From positions 76,432 to 140,431 of the forward strand of contig JBGCEP010000027.1 of assembly GCA_045106415.1 (NCBI GenBank): 64,000 nt of DNA, written 5' to 3'. This document shows positions 10,558-20,714 of the stretch, piece after piece. Each line of letters starts with the position of its first letter. The first letter of the stretch is position 1. Position numbers and translations under genes: made by a program. Source of the DNA: Oligoflexales bacterium (GTDB lineage: Bacteria; Bdellovibrionota_B; Oligoflexia; Oligoflexales; Bog-1112). A model generated the notes under the pieces. It had not been told where the DNA came from. It saw only the letters and a program-made list of their open reading frames with translations, and searched no databases.

Positions 10558-10768
10558 GCCTTCAAGCGATAATTAACAAAAATGACATAATTCTAATCCT
10601 ACAATATTACAAAATGCACTATCTTTGATTCCTAAAAACAAACTTTAGGACAAATTTTTAGTAAAACCAATATCTCTATTTTTAAACAGGCTTCAGCCAA
10701 AGACTTGCTCATTCTTGACGATTTGAGTTAGAAGAGTTTATGGTGTTTTTACAAAATCTGAGGCTGTT

Positions 10769-11746
10769 ATGAAACGATTCTTGACTCTTGTATGGATTTT
10801 ATTTTCAACTTCTTTATTCGCAAAATCCAAACAAGAAAAATACAAACTTGAACAAATCAACACTCTCATTCAACCACTCCCTCATCATCAAATTTTTTAC
10901 CATTGGACTCGGCCAAACAAAGCAAAACGACTTGTTTCGCTTGGCTATCTTTCAATCCCTCGCTTTCAGGTCACTATGCACGTTGGAACGAAGCTTGATA
11001 ATTTAACACTCCACGCTGGTCGAGGGATGTATATCTCTGAGCGTTACGACAATTGTTCAAAATATGGGGACACCCTCATCGAAGTTCATGCAGTAGCTGG
11101 CACGCCTTACCTAGATCTCACACACCCTCAAACAAAAAAAAATATGCAAAGACTAAACATCAAACGCCGTGATGTCTTTACGCTAAACCCAAATGCACTC
11201 ATTCGTTTTGACGAGACTCATCAATGGTGGGTCATAAAAACACGTGAAGGAATTTCTTTTGCAAATTTCCATGAACCTGATGTTTTTCGGCTTTTACGAA
11301 GTTATCGAAAATTCGTAAAAAAAGGAGACACCCCCGAAAATTACTCTCAAATACTTCCCATTTTAAGAAGAAACGTTGTCACCCAACGTGAGGGAATTCG
11401 AAAACTCACAGAACAAGAAGCTCAACCCTCTCTTCAACCTTCACCGCCCCAGAGCCTTTACCTTTGGCGAGCAGACGCTAGTTGTGGCTGGTATACAAAA
11501 AACTATCATCTCGTACAAGATGACATCTCTGATGATTTTTGCCGAGATCAACGCCAACCGACATACTCATGGCACAAGGGCAATTGTCGCGAAACCGTAA
11601 GAGGTTATCCTCAAATCATAATTAAAGAAAGCGTAGACTCAAGACATTGCCCGATAAGATTTAGGCATAAAGGACGTTGCGCAAAACTTCGTGGAAATGA
11701 AATTCGTTATATCAAAGAATCTTATTGCCAAAATGCAGGTCTCTAA
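10769..11746 (+). CDS. Secreted protein with a putative ADP-ribosyltransferase-like domain and Cys-rich C-terminus
   Basis: Signal peptide ending TSLFA. FYHWT...GRGMYIS...SKYG...LIEV resembles the H-Y class ART core. About six Cys in the tail. Confidence 0.5.
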   Translation: MKRFLTLVWILFSTSLFAKSKQEKYKLEQINTLIQPLPHHQIFYHWTRPNKAKRLVSLGYLSIPRFQVTMHVGTKLDNLTLHAGRGMYISERYDNCSKYGDTLIEVHAVAGTPYLDLTHPQTKKNMQRLNIKRRDVFTLNPNALIRFDETHQWWVIKTREGISFANFHEPDVFRLLRSYRKFVKKGDTPENYSQILPILRRNVVTQREGIRKLTEQEAQPSLQPSPPQSLYLWRADASCGWYTKNYHLVQDDISDDFCRDQRQPTYSWHKGNCRETVRGYPQIIIKESVDSRHCPIRFRHKGRCAKLRGNEIRYIKESYCQNAGL

Positions 11747-11760
11747 AAAAAGGCACAATT

Positions 11761-12972
11761 ATGAAATACTTTTTTTCACTACTCACTTCCATCATTGCTC
11801 ATAATTCATTCTCCTGCCCAGAAGTTTTTGAAAAATGGCCATTGGAGTGTGAGATTCACGACCGCTACCAAGCCGTAAAAGAAAACTTTGACCACGAGTT
11901 TGATTTAGACGTTAGGTTTCTCACTGAATATAGAACAATTCGCCTCATTCCAAGAGCTCTTATAAGCCAAGTGAAACCGACCTCCGTCCAAAATCCATGG
12001 GATTATTATCAAGATCCTCTCTCTTGGCAGTATTGGGAAAAAGGTTCACATTTTATGGAGTCACTCGCGACAGAATTGTCGAATTCAAATCAAAACTTCA
12101 AACTGATGCATCTTCAACACCTTCATAAAAAGCTCATTGATAAAAAAAGAATAATCATGGGAAAGAGCCGATACATCCCAGGAGCCAAGCCAGGAAAACT
12201 TCGCGCTTGGCACAGTATTTTCCCTAGTGTCATCGCTTTTGCACGAGATCAATTTGATAGCCCACTATCACCAAAACAATACGCATATCTCAATAACTAT
12301 GATATCAAAGATCAAAATGACCGATCTGTTCTTCGTTTACGCTCAGGACTCAGCACTCAAGAAGGACAACTCGCTGTTCTCTATTATTTAGAAGCTCATC
12401 GCATAGAAGGTGTGCTCCGTCATAAAATTAAAGAATTTAATAAATCATGGCGTGCTTTAAAAGCCAACGATACGACACAAAATATTTCACCCATTGAACT
12501 CGCAGCGACTTTTCAAAAAACTCTTATTTCTATACATCCATTCCATGAGGGGAACGGCCGCGTCACACGTTTAGTTGAAGATACAATCTTGACCTCTTTC
12601 GGGCTCCCTTATGTACCAAGCGGTGACCTCACTGATGATTTACTCGATCCTATCGAACAATACGCAGCAAAAACACGTACAGCTCTCCTTAATCTCGTCC
12701 AATCCTTAGAAAACTGCCTTAAGCATCACCGAAGATCAAAACTTACACAACAACCCGTCCCACCCATGTGTAGAACACTTTATCACTCGAATCCTTTTGA
12801 TACAGCTCAGGAACAAAAAGAAAGGCGCCTTATGCGCCTACGTGTCTTAAAAGCTCTACCTAAAGATCAAGAACATCCTCTTGGGACCACGGGCCAGAAA
12901 AAAGAGTCTTGGAAAAATTTTATAATCAAAAAATGGAAATCACAGCCTTCTTTCTCAATTTTAAAAAGTTAA
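11761..12972 (+). CDS. Secreted Fic-domain protein (AMPylase)
   Basis: Canonical HPFHEGNGRVTR Fic motif. N-terminal signal-like MKYFFSLLTSIIAHNSFS. Confidence 0.88.
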   Translation: MKYFFSLLTSIIAHNSFSCPEVFEKWPLECEIHDRYQAVKENFDHEFDLDVRFLTEYRTIRLIPRALISQVKPTSVQNPWDYYQDPLSWQYWEKGSHFMESLATELSNSNQNFKLMHLQHLHKKLIDKKRIIMGKSRYIPGAKPGKLRAWHSIFPSVIAFARDQFDSPLSPKQYAYLNNYDIKDQNDRSVLRLRSGLSTQEGQLAVLYYLEAHRIEGVLRHKIKEFNKSWRALKANDTTQNISPIELAATFQKTLISIHPFHEGNGRVTRLVEDTILTSFGLPYVPSGDLTDDLLDPIEQYAAKTRTALLNLVQSLENCLKHHRRSKLTQQPVPPMCRTLYHSNPFDTAQEQKERRLMRLRVLKALPKDQEHPLGTTGQKKESWKNFIIKKWKSQPSFSILKS

Positions 12973-12999
12973 AAACAGAGGAAGAGGGCCACAATAAAA

Positions 13000-13683
13000 C
13001 TAGCGATTTGCAATCACAAGTCTGCAAGCTCCAAATAAAAAAGAAACCTGCTCAACACTCTGAAAACCTGCCTCTCGAAGTTTCAATTCAAGAGCATCCG
13101 CAGAATTAAAATCTTCTACACTTTTAGGCAAATAACGGTAAGCACTGCTATCACTCAGAGCACCACCAATACGCGGCAGAATTTGATGAAAATAAAACTG
13201 AAAGAAACGACTCAGCATCCCTGATTTTGGCAAGAAAAACTCTAATATCAATAAACGCCCACTTGATGTCAACACTCGGTGAAACTCACGAATTGCTTTT
13301 TTCTGATCAACCACATTACGCAAGCCAAACGATATAGTCACACAATCAAAGCTATGTGGTGCAAAAGCTAAGGCTTCTGCGCTCATCGTTTGTAAATCAG
13401 CAACAATATTATGTTTTTTCAGCTTCCGCTCACCGAGAGCTAACATTCCTTTTGAAATATCAACTCCTTGCAAATGCGACGTTTGATTCGATGCTGCAAT
13501 CAAAACATCAGCAGTACCTGTTGCCACATCTAATAGTCGTGCATTTTTGGGAATGTTTCGTATAAGGTGACGACGCCATCGGCGATCTTGTCCAGCACTC
13601 AAAATTAAATTTAACATATCATAGCGAGGAGCAATTTTATCGAACATGCCCGCAATTACCTGCTCACTTTGAGGCTTTACCAT
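13000..13683 (-). CDS. ubiE: Ubiquinone/menaquinone C-methyltransferase
   Basis: MFDKIAPRYD, LDVATGTAD, ISFGLRNV and AYRYLPKSV motifs. Confidence 0.95.
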   Translation of the reverse strand: MVKPQSEQVIAGMFDKIAPRYDMLNLILSAGQDRRWRRHLIRNIPKNARLLDVATGTADVLIAASNQTSHLQGVDISKGMLALGERKLKKHNIVADLQTMSAEALAFAPHSFDCVTISFGLRNVVDQKKAIREFHRVLTSSGRLLILEFFLPKSGMLSRFFQFYFHQILPRIGGALSDSSAYRYLPKSVEDFNSADALELKLREAGFQSVEQVSFLFGACRLVIANR

Positions 13684-13780
13684 GCGTGTACCCTTTCAAA
13701 AAATCATAGAAAACAGCATATGTAGGATATGCGGAAATAGACCTGTTTGAAAGAAGTGTTTTGCATTTCACTTATAAAAA

Positions 13781-14041
13781 CTAACTTGCACCTTGATCAG
13801 TAACTTTTTCTAATTGTTTACGAATCAAATTTTGGCAAAAATCTGCAAGAACCACAGGATCCTCACCATGACAGATCAAAGACCCAAGACGATGGGCCAT
13901 TAAACCTGAAATTTCATGAGGCTGAGTTCCTGCCATCACACAGTCTAATATCCATTCGTCAAGCTGATCAGCAAAATTTTTCATCCTAAGAACATCTTCA
14001 GCTTGTCGTCGATCTTGCGGAAACTGAATCACATCACCCAT
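13781..14041 (-). CDS. Small hypothetical protein
   Basis: Strong AGGAGGTG RBS before MGDVIQFP. Confidence 0.65.
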   Translation of the reverse strand: MGDVIQFPQDRRQAEDVLRMKNFADQLDEWILDCVMAGTQPHEISGLMAHRLGSLICHGEDPVVLADFCQNLIRKQLEKVTDQGAS

Positions 14042-14127
14042 CACTTCACCTCCTGTCTTTGACACAGCCTTATCGGCTCTTTCAAGAAAAAGATAAAACT
14101 TAACAAATAGTGATTAATAACAGAGCC

Positions 14128-15399
14128 CTACATAAGGGAGTTTGGATTCAGTAAAGCGTCTCTCATCGCAGCTAAAAACTTAGCTCCACCCTCTCCATCC
14201 ACTGCTCGATGATCAAACGTCACACCCATTTGACAAGTCGGGTGTATAACAATTTGATTATCCACAACTACAGGCTTCTGCGTAATCGTCCCAATACTCA
14301 AAATACCAACTTGCGGCTGATTCAATATAGGCTGTGAATGTAAGCTTCCAAACATACCCGGGTTTGTCACAGTAAAAGTCCCTCCTTGAGTTTCATGAGA
14401 CTTGAGCCCACCGTCACGCGCTCTTTGCGCAAGGTCATTTAATGTCTGCGACATCTCTTCCAGGGTCAATTCATCTGCTTTTTGAATAACGGGAACCACA
14501 AGCCCTTGAGGTGTTGCAACCGCACATCCAAGGCGAATTTCATCGTAATATAAAATATCCGTGCCATCGACAGCCGCATTTAAGTCCTCTCGCTTTTTCA
14601 GCGCTACGGCTGCTGCTTTTAAAAACCAAGCCGTCCACGTCACTTTTATTGGAGATTTCGACCTTTGAATACGAACAGCTTCCAAATCCATCTCAAACGT
14701 TGTCGTGACATGAGGAGCAATTTTTTCAGAATGCACCATGTGCTCTGCTGTCAAACGGCGCACTCGGCTCATTTCCTCCCGGCGGATCTTGACACCATTT
14801 AAATACTCATCCCCATCAATACGATCTACTTTTAGCCGCTCGACTTCAGCACGATACAGCTGAGGCCCTCCTGAAGAAGAGTCTTGGAGGTGGAGAAGAA
14901 TATCATCGCGCACAATACGCCCTTCTGGGCCACTACCAATGATATCGCTCAGTGCCACTCCCTCGTCTTTCGCCAATCGGCGAGCAAGAGGCGTTGCTCT
15001 AACAGGACCTGCATATGAACCAGGTATTCTTACAGACGATGCAATACGGCCGACATCACGGGAGGAAGGTTCTTTTTTATTCTTCCTCCCGGCACCAGTC
15101 GCAGGCTGAGAATGGTGAAGGTTGGAAGGTTGAGGAGGATGATCATCACTCATAACGTCAGCAATCCACGCCACTGCATCACCCACTTGAATCGTCTGTT
15201 CAGGATGGACGTATTGAGCAACAAGATACCCACCCTGGGTCGCTGATATCTCTGTATCAACTTTATCGGTCGAGACATCTAAGATAGCCTCTCCTTGCAC
15301 AACTTTATCACCCACAGATTTTAACCAACGTGAAACCACTGCTTCTTGAACACCTTCTCCCATTGAAGGAAGGCGAGTTGCTTGCCCTTCTATTTCCAT
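14128..15399 (-). CDS. 2-oxoacid dehydrogenase E2 (dihydrolipoamide acyltransferase, SucB-like)
   Basis: Lipoyl motif STDKVD, E3-binding ATPLARRLA and catalytic DHRAVDG. Substrate specificity not determined. Confidence 0.93.
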   Translation of the reverse strand: MEIEGQATRLPSMGEGVQEAVVSRWLKSVGDKVVQGEAILDVSTDKVDTEISATQGGYLVAQYVHPEQTIQVGDAVAWIADVMSDDHPPQPSNLHHSQPATGAGRKNKKEPSSRDVGRIASSVRIPGSYAGPVRATPLARRLAKDEGVALSDIIGSGPEGRIVRDDILLHLQDSSSGGPQLYRAEVERLKVDRIDGDEYLNGVKIRREEMSRVRRLTAEHMVHSEKIAPHVTTTFEMDLEAVRIQRSKSPIKVTWTAWFLKAAAVALKKREDLNAAVDGTDILYYDEIRLGCAVATPQGLVVPVIQKADELTLEEMSQTLNDLAQRARDGGLKSHETQGGTFTVTNPGMFGSLHSQPILNQPQVGILSIGTITQKPVVVDNQIVIHPTCQMGVTFDHRAVDGEGGAKFLAAMRDALLNPNSLM

Positions 15400-15416
15400 A
15401 GTTCTGCCCTCAGTTT

Positions 15417-16787
15417 TCACAGGTGAATAGCCCCCCCTAAACCAGCATGAGCGGCTTCTTGAATTGTTTCACTCAATGTAGGGTGCGGGTGAATAGCTTG
15501 CCCAATCTCTTCGAGTGTTGTTTCAAGCACTTTTCCTAAAACAAACTCAGAAATCATCTCCGTCGCTTTAGTCCCGACAATATGGACCCCCAAGAGCTCT
15601 CCATGTACAGGCTCTGAGAGTATTTTAATAAATCCTACAGTCGCTCCATCAATTTTCGCTTTTGCCATGGGTGCAAATGGAAATTGAGTCTTTTTGTACT
15701 CAACACCCAACTCTACAAGTTGTTTCTCAGTTCGTCCTACACTCGCGACCTCAGGATACGTATAAACAGCTGAAGGATTCGTATCGTAGTTGATACATTT
15801 CGGTTGATGCCCAGCCATAACTTCTACAGCATGCAAGGCCTCTGAAGAAGCTGTATGAGCCAATGCAGGCGTTGCAATGACATCACCAACAGCAAAAACT
15901 CCTGAGCAAGTTGTTCTATAACTTCGATCGACAGGAATAAATCCTCGCTCGGTATGTACACCTATCTTTTTTAAGTTCAATTCCTCAGTCACTGGTTCCC
16001 GCCCTATGGAAACCAAAACCTTATTGTATTGTGAGGTTTCCCCATCTTTTAATTTCAATTCACAACCGGTGTCATGTTCTCTCACAGCTTCAACTTGAAC
16101 ACCTGTTTTAATTTGGACACCTTGTTTTTTAAGCTGCCGAACAAGCTCTTTCGCGCATTCTTCATCTTCACTAGGAATCACCTGTTCGCCCATCTCAAGA
16201 ACATCAACAGCAGAGCCAAAGCGAGCGAAGATAGAAGCAAACTCTAAACCAACAACACCACCGCCAATCACAGCCATTTTTTCAGGCACATGATCTAAAG
16301 ACAAAATAGAATCTGACGTTAAAATATGTTTTCCCGTCGATATTGCAAAGGGTAATTCTCGAACTTTTGAGCCTGTGGCAATTAAAGTCTTCTCAGCCTT
16401 TAAAGTCTCTTCCCCAACTTGGATTGTTTTTGAATCCAAGAAAGAAGCGGCACCTTCAAAGACATCGATTTTATTTTTCTTCATCAAAAAACGAAGGCCT
16501 TTTCGCTGTGCATCCACAACACCTTGTTTTTTATCCATAATTCTTTGCCAATCATACGCTGGAGTCCCAATATCAAAACCTTCTTTTTCAATATCTTTTA
16601 ACTTGCTCCACACTCTCGCTGATTCAACCAATGCCTTCGTCGGAATGCACCCTACATTTAAGCACGTTCCCCCTAAATGAGCTCTTTTCTCGATTAAAGC
16701 GACTTTCATTCCACATTGTGCAGCTCGAATAGCCCCAACTTCTCCAGCAGGCCCAGCACCAATCACAACCAAATCATATATTTTCAT
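15417..16787 (-). CDS. lpdA: Dihydrolipoyl dehydrogenase
   Basis: GGTCLNVGCIP disulfide motif and HPHPTLSE. Start at MKIYDL behind GGAG. Confidence 0.97.
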   Translation of the reverse strand: MKIYDLVVIGAGPAGEVGAIRAAQCGMKVALIEKRAHLGGTCLNVGCIPTKALVESARVWSKLKDIEKEGFDIGTPAYDWQRIMDKKQGVVDAQRKGLRFLMKKNKIDVFEGAASFLDSKTIQVGEETLKAEKTLIATGSKVRELPFAISTGKHILTSDSILSLDHVPEKMAVIGGGVVGLEFASIFARFGSAVDVLEMGEQVIPSEDEECAKELVRQLKKQGVQIKTGVQVEAVREHDTGCELKLKDGETSQYNKVLVSIGREPVTEELNLKKIGVHTERGFIPVDRSYRTTCSGVFAVGDVIATPALAHTASSEALHAVEVMAGHQPKCINYDTNPSAVYTYPEVASVGRTEKQLVELGVEYKKTQFPFAPMAKAKIDGATVGFIKILSEPVHGELLGVHIVGTKATEMISEFVLGKVLETTLEEIGQAIHPHPTLSETIQEAAHAGLGGAIHL

Positions 16788-17035
16788 CTTTATTCTCCAG
16801 CGAGTACAGCATGTGTGCATAAAGAGGTTACCATCGTCACGCTGATTTAAAAAAGAAAACAACCCTCATTTTCCACATCAGTCTCAAAAAAACCTATCAA
16901 AACAAAAACTTAAACAGACACTAGCTTTTGAGAAAGCTTTCTCAGAAAGATGAAATATAAACTCATGAGTCACTTTCTTGAGTTTTGTTTTCAAAGCTCC
17001 GATCCGTAGATGGAGATATAAAAGGAGAAAAAAAG

Positions 17036-18067
17036 TTGGCAGGTAAAAGCATCGTACTGCAAACCTCCCAAATGGTCTTTAAAGAAGGGGACCCATCAAA
17101 CGGTATGTTCTTGGTACGCTCAGGGGAACTTGAAGTCTACCTTGAAAAGGATGGGAAAACGATCGTTCTAGCTTCAGTCGTAGCTGGTGGGATGATAGGA
17201 GAAATGGCTCTTTTCGATCAAAACCCTCGATCAGCATCTGTGCGAGCAACAACAACCTCTGAAGTCACTCATATTTCAAATGAAGACTTCTCAAAACTCA
17301 TGAAACAAATTCCTAAGTGGTTTACATCCTTAATGGGGACTCTTTCAACAAGGCTCCGAGTCACAAACGATCGACTCAAAGCAGTTGAAAACGCTACAGC
17401 CAACCCTGCTGATAATAGCTCTAGCTCCACAAAAGAATTAAGTGAAGAAAAACAAGGGAATAGTCTACAACACGTTTTAAAGATGCTTTATATTTTTAAC
17501 TTAATTATACATAAAGATGCTGTAAAGGAAGGGAAACACTGGCAGTTAGAACGACCAACTCTCAGTAAAAATATAGAATTGTTCTTTACTGATCAAATGA
17601 GAGAATTTAACAACATTATTTCAATACTAGAAGAGCACAATTTTTTACAACTCACGACAAATAGCTATAAAGTTGACATCATCGATATTGCCAACAAAGG
17701 CATCCTCAACCTCCTTATTGAATATATTTCCGATTTTCATAAAGCTGGGGGCGCAGCTCTGAGCTCTGACGGGATTTTGCTTTTAAAATGCTTAGTTTCA
17801 TATAGTAAAAAAGCAGGGTATGAGACCTTCACCGCATCTCTCCAAGAGTTGGCACTTGAAGCTAAATCCATGGGGGTTGAAGACACCCCAGACTGGAAGA
17901 GTCAACTTCCTATATTTAAAATCATCCACCCAGAGCTCAAACTCACAAAGACATCAGATGGGAAACTTGGTATAAAAAGCACACCAAAAGCCATAGCAGA
18001 ACTCATGAGTTACCACACAATCATGACAAAAACGCTCGAAGATCCAGAACCCAAAAATAACTCCTGA
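17036..18067 (+). CDS. Cyclic nucleotide-binding domain protein
   Basis: FKEGD...GEMALFDQNPRSAS cNMP cassette. Probable TTG start behind AGGAG. C-terminal half unassigned. Confidence 0.85.
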   Translation: MAGKSIVLQTSQMVFKEGDPSNGMFLVRSGELEVYLEKDGKTIVLASVVAGGMIGEMALFDQNPRSASVRATTTSEVTHISNEDFSKLMKQIPKWFTSLMGTLSTRLRVTNDRLKAVENATANPADNSSSSTKELSEEKQGNSLQHVLKMLYIFNLIIHKDAVKEGKHWQLERPTLSKNIELFFTDQMREFNNIISILEEHNFLQLTTNSYKVDIIDIANKGILNLLIEYISDFHKAGGAALSSDGILLLKCLVSYSKKAGYETFTASLQELALEAKSMGVEDTPDWKSQLPIFKIIHPELKLTKTSDGKLGIKSTPKAIAELMSYHTIMTKTLEDPEPKNNS

Positions 18068-18101
18068 ATTTTAAAGAAAAAAATGAAACTCATCAATTCC
18101 A

Positions 18102-18130
18102 TTGACTCTCTGGATTGGTGTCGTTAGAAT
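18102..18130 (+). promoter_or_regulatory. Sigma70-type promoter of tig
   Basis: TTGACT-17 nt-TAGAAT. Confidence 0.7.
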
Positions 18131-18184
18131 TCGCCCTCATCCGCATTGTGAGCGGACTTAACGACCATCTCAGCGGAGAGTAAA

Positions 18185-19438
18185 ATGGAAGTCTCAGTTG
18201 AAGAACTCAACGAAGTTCAAAAGAAAATTCAAGTCAAATACCCTGAAAACACTGTTGGTGAATATTTTCAGAGTGCATACTCAAAGATTAGAGGACAAGC
18301 ACGCATCAAAGGGTTTCGCCCAGGGAAAGCTCCTCTTTCTATGCTTCGCAACTCTCATGGTGATGCCGCTATTCAACTTGTCATGACCAAGATTCGCGAA
18401 GATATATCTACAATTGATTTTTATCAAAAACAAGATGTTGAGCCTTTCGGAACTCCAGCAATTTACATTGATAAAGACCCAAAAGAGGGTGAGGACTTTG
18501 AGTTTCACCTTATTGTTGACGTACCACCAACTTTCACACTGACAGATTGTGAAAACAAAGAAGTTGAGTGCCCTCAATATGATATTGATCTCGACGTTGA
18601 AGTCGACCAAGAGATCTCACGTAGAGCTCGCAACCAAGCCACACAAACACCAGTCGATGACAAAGAGCAAGGCGCTGAGAAAAATCACGCTGTAAGCCTC
18701 ACTTGCCGTTTTTTAAATGACAAAGGTGACGTCATTAGCGAGCATGATGAGAAAAAACCCCTCGAAGCCATTCTAGACGAGCAGTCTCACTTAGACCCAT
18801 GGATCGTTGATGGCATTCTGGGTATGAAAGTTGGTGAAAACAAGACTCTTGACCACGAATATGAAGGCCAAAAGATCCAGCTGGAACTCGGACTTTTAAA
18901 AGTTTCGACACTCAATACACCACCTATTGATGACGAACTGGCGAAAGATCTAGGTTTTGAAAACCTTAATGAAATGAAAAAAGACATCAAAGCTCGACTC
19001 GAAAAAGAACTCGAAAAAAGCAATGAGTCTCTCAAAAAAGAGTCTATTCGAGCTCATATTTTGAAAGAACACCCATTCCAAGTTCCTCCTTCACTGGTTG
19101 ACAATATTATCGACCACCGACTTTTAAGAATGGGTTATCCAAAAGACCAGCTTCAAAATAAAGAAATCCGTGAGCAACAGCTTACCCCAGCTCAAGAAGA
19201 AGCGCGCTTTCACTTCCTTGTCGCAGAACTTGGAAAAAAGCATAATTTAACACCAACAGAAGAAGCTATCACCGAAGAGCTTACTCGCGCTGTTAAAGAA
19301 AACCCACAGCTTCAACAAGGCAACCAAACAGCTTTGATGCAAAACATTCAGTGGGATCTTCTCAGCAAAGCTATTTTTGACCACTTCGCTTCAACTCTTT
19401 CTTTCAAAATAGAAAAAATGGAACCAGAAGCTCCTTAA
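18185..19438 (+). CDS. tig: Trigger factor
   Basis: IKGFRPGKAP ribosome-binding motif and position upstream of clpP. Confidence 0.95.
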   Translation: MEVSVEELNEVQKKIQVKYPENTVGEYFQSAYSKIRGQARIKGFRPGKAPLSMLRNSHGDAAIQLVMTKIREDISTIDFYQKQDVEPFGTPAIYIDKDPKEGEDFEFHLIVDVPPTFTLTDCENKEVECPQYDIDLDVEVDQEISRRARNQATQTPVDDKEQGAEKNHAVSLTCRFLNDKGDVISEHDEKKPLEAILDEQSHLDPWIVDGILGMKVGENKTLDHEYEGQKIQLELGLLKVSTLNTPPIDDELAKDLGFENLNEMKKDIKARLEKELEKSNESLKKESIRAHILKEHPFQVPPSLVDNIIDHRLLRMGYPKDQLQNKEIREQQLTPAQEEARFHFLVAELGKKHNLTPTEEAITEELTRAVKENPQLQQGNQTALMQNIQWDLLSKAIFDHFASTLSFKIEKMEPEAP

Positions 19439-19455
19439 AACGCTAGAAAAATCTT

Positions 19456-19490
19456 AAGAAGAGCCTCATTTTTTGTTGAGGCTCTTCTTT
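19456..19490 (+). terminator. Intrinsic terminator after tig
   Basis: aagaagagcctca-loop-tgaggctcttcttt. Confidence 0.8.
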
Positions 19491-20099
19491 ATGCACCGCC
19501 ACTTCCAAAGCCCAGAAGACACTCTTTATGTATCAAAGCTAAAGACTCAATCTGCCACTTAGAATGATTCTAATAACTTTTTTGAAGGTCTTTTTTCTTA
19601 TCATTAAAACTGCTTCCTAGAGCAGACAAAAATTCATAAGATAAAGAAGCCTTTCTGCTCATCTAAGCGCGGACATATCTGATACGAATTCTTTTTAAAG
19701 ACCGCTGTTTCCTACCAAAAAACGCCAAAGTATAATAAATACAAACCTCACAGCCCCTACTTTAAAAATACTTTTAATTTTAAGCACTTAATCAACATCA
19801 TCAGTGACGGGAATCATTAGATTTTTTTAACGCACTGCTGTCAGCCTTACTAAAGTTGCAAAAAACAACAAAACCTCAAAAACAACCTTGCAAACACGAG
19901 TCTAACTTAAGAAAAACAGCGATCCTTTTGTCTATGACAAAAAAAACTCTCACAAAGACAAGTGATTCAATCTTCTTCGAAAGATTCCGATAAGATCAAC
20001 AGTTTCAGACTTGTACTTGATTCATATCTGACATATTGTCAAAGCGTGAGGCAATTTTGGGTTGCCAACCGCGTTCACCCTCCGAAATGAGGCCTGAAA

Positions 20100-20699
20100 A
20101 TGTCACTTGTCCCTGTAGTTATTGAAAACACCAGTCGCGGCGAACGTTCCTGGGATATTTATTCACGGCTCCTTCGCGACCGTATTATTATGCTCGGAAC
20201 CCCTGTCCGCGACGACATAGCAAATGTCATCGTAGCTCAGCTGTTGTATCTAGAGAGTGAAGACCCAGATAAGGATATTCACCTCTACATCAACTCTCCG
20301 GGCGGCTCCATTACCGCAGGTATGGCTATCTACGATGCCATGCAGCACATCCGTCCTGACGTGAGAACATATTGTATTGGGCAGTGCGCAAGCATGGGTG
20401 CTTGGTTACTCGCAGCTGGCGCTCCTGGCAAAAGATATGCACTCCCTAACTCAAGAGTCATGATTCACCAACCTTTAGGTGGCGCTACTGGTCAGGCAAC
20501 GGATATTGATATTCAAGCTCAAGAAATTTTGAATATCAAAAAACGCATGTGTGAGCTTCTTGCAGAACATACAAATCGCGATCCTGCACAAATAGCAGAA
20601 GACACAGACCGTGATAATTTTATGTCTGCTCAGCAAGCCAAAGAATACGGTCTTGTTGATGAAGTTGTCAGCAAAACGCCACAGGCACCTAAAGATTAA
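20100..20699 (+). CDS. clpP: ATP-dependent Clp protease proteolytic subunit
   Basis: [19 protein letters not shown] and MIHQP motifs. Confidence 0.99.
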   Translation: MSLVPVVIENTSRGERSWDIYSRLLRDRIIMLGTPVRDDIANVIVAQLLYLESEDPDKDIHLYINSPGGSITAGMAIYDAMQHIRPDVRTYCIGQCASMGAWLLAAGAPGKRYALPNSRVMIHQPLGGATGQATDIDIQAQEILNIKKRMCELLAEHTNRDPAQIAEDTDRDNFMSAQQAKEYGLVDEVVSKTPQAPKD

Positions 20700-20714
20700 T
20701 TAGAGGAGCGCAAC

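Noticed and set aside
18130-18184. tRNA upstream of tig, as often found
   Set aside because: Only a short hairpin (tccgc/gcgga) is present, with no cloverleaf or TTCGA loop.
19491-20040. Long tig-clpP intergenic region as a hidden gene or ncRNA
   Set aside because: The frame I read has multiple stops, the ORF track shows nothing here, and I found no recognisable motif or convincing structure.
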